32,000 bases of DNA, taken from Gemmata obscuriglobus (lineage in GTDB: Bacteria; Planctomycetota; Planctomycetia; Gemmatales; Gemmataceae). The notes under the pieces were generated by a model. The model was given only the letters and a program-made list of their open reading frames with translations, had not been told where the DNA came from and did not search any database. The DNA lies in contig NZ_CP042911.1 of NCBI RefSeq assembly GCF_008065095.1, positions 3,510,001 through 3,542,000 on the forward strand, given 5' to 3'. Shown here piece after piece: positions 26,974 to 32,000 of this stretch. Every line of letters begins with the position of its first letter. Position 1 is the first letter of the stretch. The position numbers were made by a program, and so were the translations under genes.

Positions 26974-27011
26974 CCGGGGCCGAGGCGCATCGCCTCGGCC
27001 CCGGTCGTTTT
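26974..27011. terminator. bidirectional intrinsic terminator between convergent genes
   Basis: CCGGGGCCGAGGCG (26974-26987) / CAT / CGCCTCGGCCCCGG (26991-27004). TCGTTTT follows on the + strand and TTTGTTTTTGG follows on the - strand. Confidence 0.8.
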
Positions 27012-27025
27012 GCCTGATTCGGCTG

Positions 27026-29692
27026 TCACTGCTTGACACGCGGCCCCTGGGGCAGAACGTTCAGCCACGCGGGCGGTAGCTGGAGCTTCTTGGTGCCGTC
27101 AATTCCGGTTGAAGAAAACACATTCGGGCCGGCGGCACCGAGTTGGACCAGCAGCGCGGTTGCTCCGCCCACGAACCCGGTTGCCACGCCCGACCCACTT
27201 GCGGCCTGGGTGCCGAAGCTCAGAGCGCCCGGTCCAAGAACGTCGGGTTTCCCGCGGAGCGTGAGGCCGGTCCCGCCGCCCACCAGCGTACCGGGGAGAT
27301 CGGCCCCAACCGTGATTGCTCCCAGAGCATCTCCGGGAGTGCCCACGCCCGCGGTCGGGCTGGTGAAGCTCCGGAACACCACCTTGGGGGCGCTGGCTGC
27401 GATGCCGACGGTGTCGATCGCGATTCGCGGGTAGATTTCCACCTCGCGCCGCAGCACCGGCAGCAGGGCGTCCGGCGCCCCTGGGGACTCCACCGCCAGC
27501 GCGTACCGGCCTGGGGTTGCGACGGTGAACTCCAGCATTTGCTCGAACACCAGCAACGTCGGGGTGCGGTAGATCAACTGCGGGACGTTAACCGAGCGGG
27601 CCTCTTCGGCCAACTCGTCGCTGGACTGCTTGGCGCCGGTCGGATCGATCTGACGCAACAGCCGGAGTGTGAGCGGCTGAGCGGGTGTGTCGGCGTCGGG
27701 GAAGTTCGGGTTGGCCGCCTCGCGCCACTGAACGACGATCCGCAGCTTCGCGCCGGCCAACAGTTCGGGGGTGACGGTGCCGGTTGCCGCACGCGTTCCC
27801 AGGAAGTTGAGGGTCGACGACCAGGAGTCGGCGGGGAGCTTCGATTTCGGCGGCGCGAACTCCATCAGCCCGTCGCGGTTGGCGTCCAGGAACGGCCCGC
27901 CCCACACCGCGGCGCCGGACGCGCTCGCCGCCTGTACCCAGACGTGCTGCGGGGGTTTCGCGGGGATGCCCTTTACCACCCGGTGCGCCGGCCCGGTCGC
28001 CCGCGCGTCGATGGTCCGCGCGAACTCGTTGATGGAATCCAGGGGGTAGCCGGATTCCCACACCAGCGTGTTCACGATCACCTGCGCACCGGCCAACGTG
28101 CGGGTGATCTCGTTCTGGTAGGTAGTTAAGCGCCCGGACAGCGTTGTCAGTTCTCGCTCGCGCGCCATGACCGCATCCAGATCGGCCTTGGCCTTTTTCC
28201 GCTGCGCGACCGCCACCTCGTTGTCGGTCAGGTCCGCGAACGCCGTCTTGTACGCAGCAATCGCCCGGTCGCGATCGTCCTCGAACGCCGAGAGGCGGGA
28301 CGAGAGTTCCGCCAGCCGGCTCTGGAGGGCCTCGGTGTATTCGAGTTCGCCGCGGGTCAACTTCAGGACGGTGTTCAGGTGGAAGTAGCACCCGGGATCA
28401 ATTCGGACGAGAACCAGTTCGGCGTCCGGAGCGGCGGCGGCGAGCGCCTTCGCGGCCGGAACGCCGGCCCCGACTCGCGCGGGGTCGGACTTGAAGGGGA
28501 TCAGGTCCGGAGCGAGTTCCGTCGTCAGATCGAGCACCTTCGTGCGCCGGGGCAGTTCGCTGCCGATCAACTGTGCGGCGCCGGTGAAGTCGGACCCGAT
28601 CAGCACCACCTTGACGCCGGCACCCGTGTACCCACGCTTGTGCAGCTCATCCAGGCGCGACGATTTGAGGGCGTCCGCGACGGCTTCGGCTTTCTCCCCG
28701 GTGCCGGTCGTGACCGTTTCTGTCCCCTGCCGCGGTAGCCGCAGGCCGACAACTCCGGGCTCCTGGGCGAGCAACTCGACGAATTCCGCTCGCGGCAACC
28801 GGACGTGAACGATGTTCCCGATCACCCCGTCCACCGAGGCGCCGGCGTACCGGCCGCGGAGAGCAATTTTGAAGGTTTGCAGGTCCTCGATGCGCTCCCG
28901 GAAGATCACCTCGACGCGCAATTGAGCGCCCCTGGTCCCGGGGGCCAACAGGGCGGCCCGCAGGTCGGCCGAGTACTTGAGCTGGGCGGGCAGCACCGCC
29001 GGCGGGGCGAGGGGGGCGGCGAACTCCGTGTGCGGGAGCACTTCGGCCCACCGGATCGGGTTGCGGTCGCTGAGGGGGGCGGGCAACTGCGCGACGCGGG
29101 TGCGGGGAGCGAACCACCCGTTCGGCTCGTACCGCAGATCCTTCACCAGCACGTCTACACTCTTGCTCGGGAGCGCCCCGCGGACCAGCGTGTAACCGCG
29201 GGTGTCGTAGCCGAGCGACTCGACGAAGCCGAGCTGCGCGAGGTGCTCGACCGTCTGGCGGTGCAGTTGCTGCTGCGTGCCGGGCAGGTAGCCGCCGCGC
29301 AGCCCGAGCTTCACCGCCACCGGCTTGTCGGCGTCGGGGCGCACAAAGTCGGCCGGCTCGAACAGGACGTTCTGCACCCGCGGGCTGTCCAAAACGCTCA
29401 GCGCCTTCGCCCCCGCGATGGTGCCGGTCATGCGCTCCGCCGTCGGCTCGAAGATCTCGAGGTCGTAGTCGGGGTCGTTCTTGCGGGCGTCGTCGAACCC
29501 GAGTTTGGCGAGGAACTTCTGAAGGTCCGTGTACTGACGCACCCGCTCGTCGCGGTCGGCCCGGATGCGGTACCGAATTTCGATCTTCACCTTTTCGGGC
29601 CGGGGCGGTTCGTTGACCTGTGCCGGCGCGGGGCTCGCGAGCGCCATCAGCGCCGCGGAGATCAGGGTGAGTCGTGCGGGTGCGTGCGGCAT
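27026..29692 (-). CDS. secreted subtilase-fold (peptidase S8-like) protein with an apparently substituted catalytic triad, three N-terminal I9/propeptide-like repeats and a coiled-coil insertion
   Basis: Signal peptide MPHAPARLTLISAALMALASPAPAQ (ATG 29690-29692; alternative upstream starts at 29731 and 29758). S8 structural blocks: GYTGAGVKVVLIGSDFTG, GAGVPAAKALAAAAPDAELVLVRI, VIVNTLVWESG, VWVQAASASG, ITVGAD, GKPDVLGPGALSF, SGSGVATGFVGGATALL. Confidence 0.75.
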   Translation of the reverse strand: MPHAPARLTLISAALMALASPAPAQVNEPPRPEKVKIEIRYRIRADRDERVRQYTDLQKFLAKLGFDDARKNDPDYDLEIFEPTAERMTGTIAGAKALSVLDSPRVQNVLFEPADFVRPDADKPVAVKLGLRGGYLPGTQQQLHRQTVEHLAQLGFVESLGYDTRGYTLVRGALPSKSVDVLVKDLRYEPNGWFAPRTRVAQLPAPLSDRNPIRWAEVLPHTEFAAPLAPPAVLPAQLKYSADLRAALLAPGTRGAQLRVEVIFRERIEDLQTFKIALRGRYAGASVDGVIGNIVHVRLPRAEFVELLAQEPGVVGLRLPRQGTETVTTGTGEKAEAVADALKSSRLDELHKRGYTGAGVKVVLIGSDFTGAAQLIGSELPRRTKVLDLTTELAPDLIPFKSDPARVGAGVPAAKALAAAAPDAELVLVRIDPGCYFHLNTVLKLTRGELEYTEALQSRLAELSSRLSAFEDDRDRAIAAYKTAFADLTDNEVAVAQRKKAKADLDAVMARERELTTLSGRLTTYQNEITRTLAGAQVIVNTLVWESGYPLDSINEFARTIDARATGPAHRVVKGIPAKPPQHVWVQAASASGAAVWGGPFLDANRDGLMEFAPPKSKLPADSWSSTLNFLGTRAATGTVTPELLAGAKLRIVVQWREAANPNFPDADTPAQPLTLRLLRQIDPTGAKQSSDELAEEARSVNVPQLIYRTPTLLVFEQMLEFTVATPGRYALAVESPGAPDALLPVLRREVEIYPRIAIDTVGIAASAPKVVFRSFTSPTAGVGTPGDALGAITVGADLPGTLVGGGTGLTLRGKPDVLGPGALSFGTQAASGSGVATGFVGGATALLVQLGAAGPNVFSSTGIDGTKKLQLPPAWLNVLPQGPRVKQ

Positions 29693-29814
29693 GGTGCGAC
29701 CTAATCCGGGCGCGAGCGTGTCAGCCTTCATCGTGACCGGCGGAACGGGAGTTGCCAAGCGGCAGACGGGAACAAAACCGCGCGGGGCGAGCGAAGAACC
29801 CGAAGAAGTGAGTC

Positions 29815-29899
29815 GATCCGCAGATTGACACCGCTTGGAAGAACGGGAACGCGCTGCTCAGGTCTTCCAAGTCGTGTTAATCTGCGCGATCTGCGGATC
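29815..29899. repeat. nested inverted repeats in the intergenic region between the M20 gene and the S8-like gene
   Basis: Outer pair: GATCCGCAGAT (29815-29825) / ATCTGCGGATC (29889-29899). Inner pair: CTTGGAAGA (29834-29842) / TCTTCCAAG (29863-29871). Confidence 0.8.
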
Positions 29900-29918
29900 T
29901 GGCTCTGCCTTTTCTAGC

Positions 29919-31322
29919 TCACTTGACGGTTGCAGGGGTGAGCTTTCCCAGGTTCGCGAACAGGGTGACCAGAGACGCCATGAGCTTCTTGAAGTCCCCC
30001 TCGTGCAGGCTCTCGTTGGGGGCGTGGGCGTTGCTCGCCGGGTCTTCGATGCCCATCAGCAGCGCGGGGGCGCCGCCGAACAGGTCCGACAGCGGGCCGA
30101 CGAACCCGATGGACCCGCCGCACCCCACCGCGACCGGGTCGCGGTCGAAGCCGGTCCGCATCGCCGCGAGGGCGGCCTCGAACGCCGGACCGTTCGGGTC
30201 CGTCATCCACCAGTCCACCGGCGGGCCGGCCGGCGTCACGGTGACCTCGCACCCCCACGGCGGGTTGGCCTTCAGGAACGCGGTCAGCTTCTCCAGCACC
30301 TGTTCGGGCTTCTGATCGGGCACGATGCGGACGCTCACGAGGGCCGACGCCTTGGGGAGCACCTGGTTGGACGCGCCCTTGATCGAACTCGCCTCCTGCG
30401 CGATCACGGTGACCGCCGGGCGGCGCCAACACTGCGCGTACTCGGAGTACCCGGACTCCATCGCGAACCGCGCCCCGGGCACCATCCCGATCGAGCTGCG
30501 GATCTTCTCCAGATCGGAAGGCAGCTTGTCGAACGCGACGCGCTCCTTGTCGGAGAGCGCCCGGACTTGGTCGTAGAATCCCGGGATCGGGTACGGCCCG
30601 CCCTCGTTGTAAAGCCGACCCAGGATCGCGTTGAGCGCGATGGTCGCGTCGGGCAGGCTCCCGCCGCCCATCCCGCTGTGGACCGGGATCTTCGCGGTGG
30701 TCACATCGACCCGCACCGCCACGATGCCGCGCAGTGAGTAGGTGATGCTCGGGGTGCCGACCTCGACGTTCTCGGTGTCGCACACCACGATCACGTCGGA
30801 CTTGAGCCGGTCGCGGTGCGTCTCGAAGAACTTCAGGAGGTTCTTCGACCCGACCTCTTCTTCGCCCTCCACGAGCATCTTGATGTTGACCGGGAGCTAG
30901 TTGCCGGTCTTCCGGTACGCCGCCACGGCGGCGAGTTGGGCCGAGATCGCGCCCTTGTCATCGGCGGAGCCGCGGGCGTAGAGGCGGCCGTCGCGGCGGG
31001 TGAGCTTCCACGGGTCGCTGAGCCACTGCTCGATGAAATTGACGGGCTGCACGTCGTGGTGCGCGTACAGGAACACCGTGGGTTTGCCGGGCGCTTCGAG
31101 CCACTCGCCGTAGGCGTAGGGGAGCGAGTGCCCGACGCGGAGCACGTCCACGTTGTGCAGCCCGGCGTGGCGCATCTGGTCGCAGGTGAGCTTGGCGGTG
31201 CGCTCGATCTCGGCCCCGTGCTCGCCGTCGGTGCTGATGCTCTGGATCGCGACCAGCTCGGCCAGCCCCTGAACGATCTCCTCGTGGTTCTTGTTGAGCC
31301 AGTCGAGTGCTGCGGCTTGCAT
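29919..31322 (-). pseudogene. M20-family dipeptidase (ArgE/DapE/ACY1/CPG2-type) interrupted by a single in-frame TAG
   Basis: N-terminal part: MQAAALDWLNKNHEEIVQGLAELVAIQSIS...FLYAHHDVQPV...GRLYARGSADDKG...YRKTGN. TAG at 30897-30899. The same frame then continues LPVNIKMLVEGEEEVGS...LRGIVAVRVDV...HSGMGGG...GCGGSIGFV...IEDPASNAHAPNESL. GGAG 10 nt upstream of the ATG at 31320-31322. Confidence 0.85.
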
Positions 31323-31452
31323 CGTGGGTCGCTCCGTGGGTGCTCGTGGGCGGTGGTGGTGCAATCACTGTACCGGGCACCCGGGTCGCGGTAAACCCGC
31401 GCGGCTATGCTAACCGGGACTCTCCCGTCCGTTCTTTGCGAGGCGTAACGTT

Positions 31453-32000
31453 ATGTCTGATTCCCCCACGACGCTGGCGAACGAAGTGCGGTTCCGCGCG
31501 AAGTTCCTGAAGGTCGCGTTCCTGGTCAACATCGTGCTGTTCGTGCTGCTGATCGGGGCCGGCACGGCGCTGGTCACCGCCGTGGCGCGGGCGACCGGCG
31601 CCAGTACCCCCGCCAGCGACGAAAAGGACATCCGGGCGGTGCTGGAGGCGCAGGCGGTCGCGTGGAACAAGGGCGACCTGGACGGCTTCATGGCCGGCTA
31701 CTGGAACGACGAGAAGCTGACCTTCATCTCCGGCGGCGACATCACCGGCGGGTGGAAGAAGACCAAGGAGCGGTACGAGAAGCGGTATCAGGCCGAAGGC
31801 AAGGAGATGGGGAAGCTGACCTTCTCGGAACTTCACGTCGAGGCGTTCAGCCCGAACGCGGCGATGGTGCGGGGGAAGTTCGAGCTGGTGTTCGAGAAAG
31901 AAAAGGATGAGAAAAAGAAAACCGCGAGCGGTCGGTTCACGGTCCTCTTGCGGAAGCTGCCCGACGGGTGGAAAATCGTTCACGACCACACATCCGCCGA
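31453..32000 (+). CDS. membrane-anchored NTF2-like (DUF4440/SnoaL-like) protein, 3'-partial (runs off the window)
   Basis: My own translation from the ATG at 31453; the ORF is absent from the track because it has no stop. MSDSPTTLANEVRFRAKFLKVAFLVNIVLFVLLIGAGTALV (TM) ...DEKDIRAVLEAQAVAWNKGDLDGFMAGYWNDEKLTFISGG...GRFTVLLRKLPDGWKIVHDHTSA. Confidence 0.7.
   Translation, partial: MSDSPTTLANEVRFRAKFLKVAFLVNIVLFVLLIGAGTALVTAVARATGASTPASDEKDIRAVLEAQAVAWNKGDLDGFMAGYWNDEKLTFISGGDITGGWKKTKERYEKRYQAEGKEMGKLTFSELHVEAFSPNAAMVRGKFELVFEKEKDEKKKTASGRFTVLLRKLPDGWKIVHDHTSA

Overview
GC-rich bacterial chromosomal segment. The gene content suggests Planctomycetota, probably a Gemmata-like lineage; this is inference from a planctomycete-type cytochrome c domain, an ISAzo13 ('Rhodopirellula'-type) transposase, H4MPT-linked fhcD/fhcC, an ECF sigma factor with a very long C-terminal extension, and Lys/Gly-rich extensions on ribosomal proteins.

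Layout:
- (i) 1-4358: an insertion-sequence graveyard. Four transposase families (IS701-like, IS110, IS5, ISAzo13) sit next to or inside one another, together with a 136-bp perfectly palindromic MITE-like element. Only the IS5 copy looks intact.
- (ii) 4660-13046: a secreted CxxC protein, a 1027-aa secreted beta-propeller/di-CXXCH protein, a Tat-signal amidohydrolase, an SDR epimerase, a Gfo/Idh/MocA-type oxidoreductase and a G3E GTPase.
- (iii) 13050-13868: an ORF-poor, visibly less GC-rich, hairpin-dense gap.
- (iv) 13869-17370: minus-strand translation cluster rplY-pth-rpsF-ssb-rplI, with no rpsR.
- (v) 17583-19658: a single ORF fusing an ECF sigma factor, a TM helix, a long coiled coil and an ExbD-like domain. 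It is followed by lpxA and a divergent nfo.
- (vi) eno, then a tightly packed operon: membrane NTF2-like protein, fhcD, fhcC, hypothetical, SAM methyltransferase.
- (vii) a 887-910-aa subtilase-fold protein whose catalytic triad appears substituted, an M20 dipeptidase interrupted by one in-frame TAG, and a 3'-partial NTF2-like gene that the ORF track misses.

I could not support any rRNA, tRNA or CRISPR array, and I found no recognisable defence or toxin system. All homology calls come from reading motifs by eye; no searches were run.
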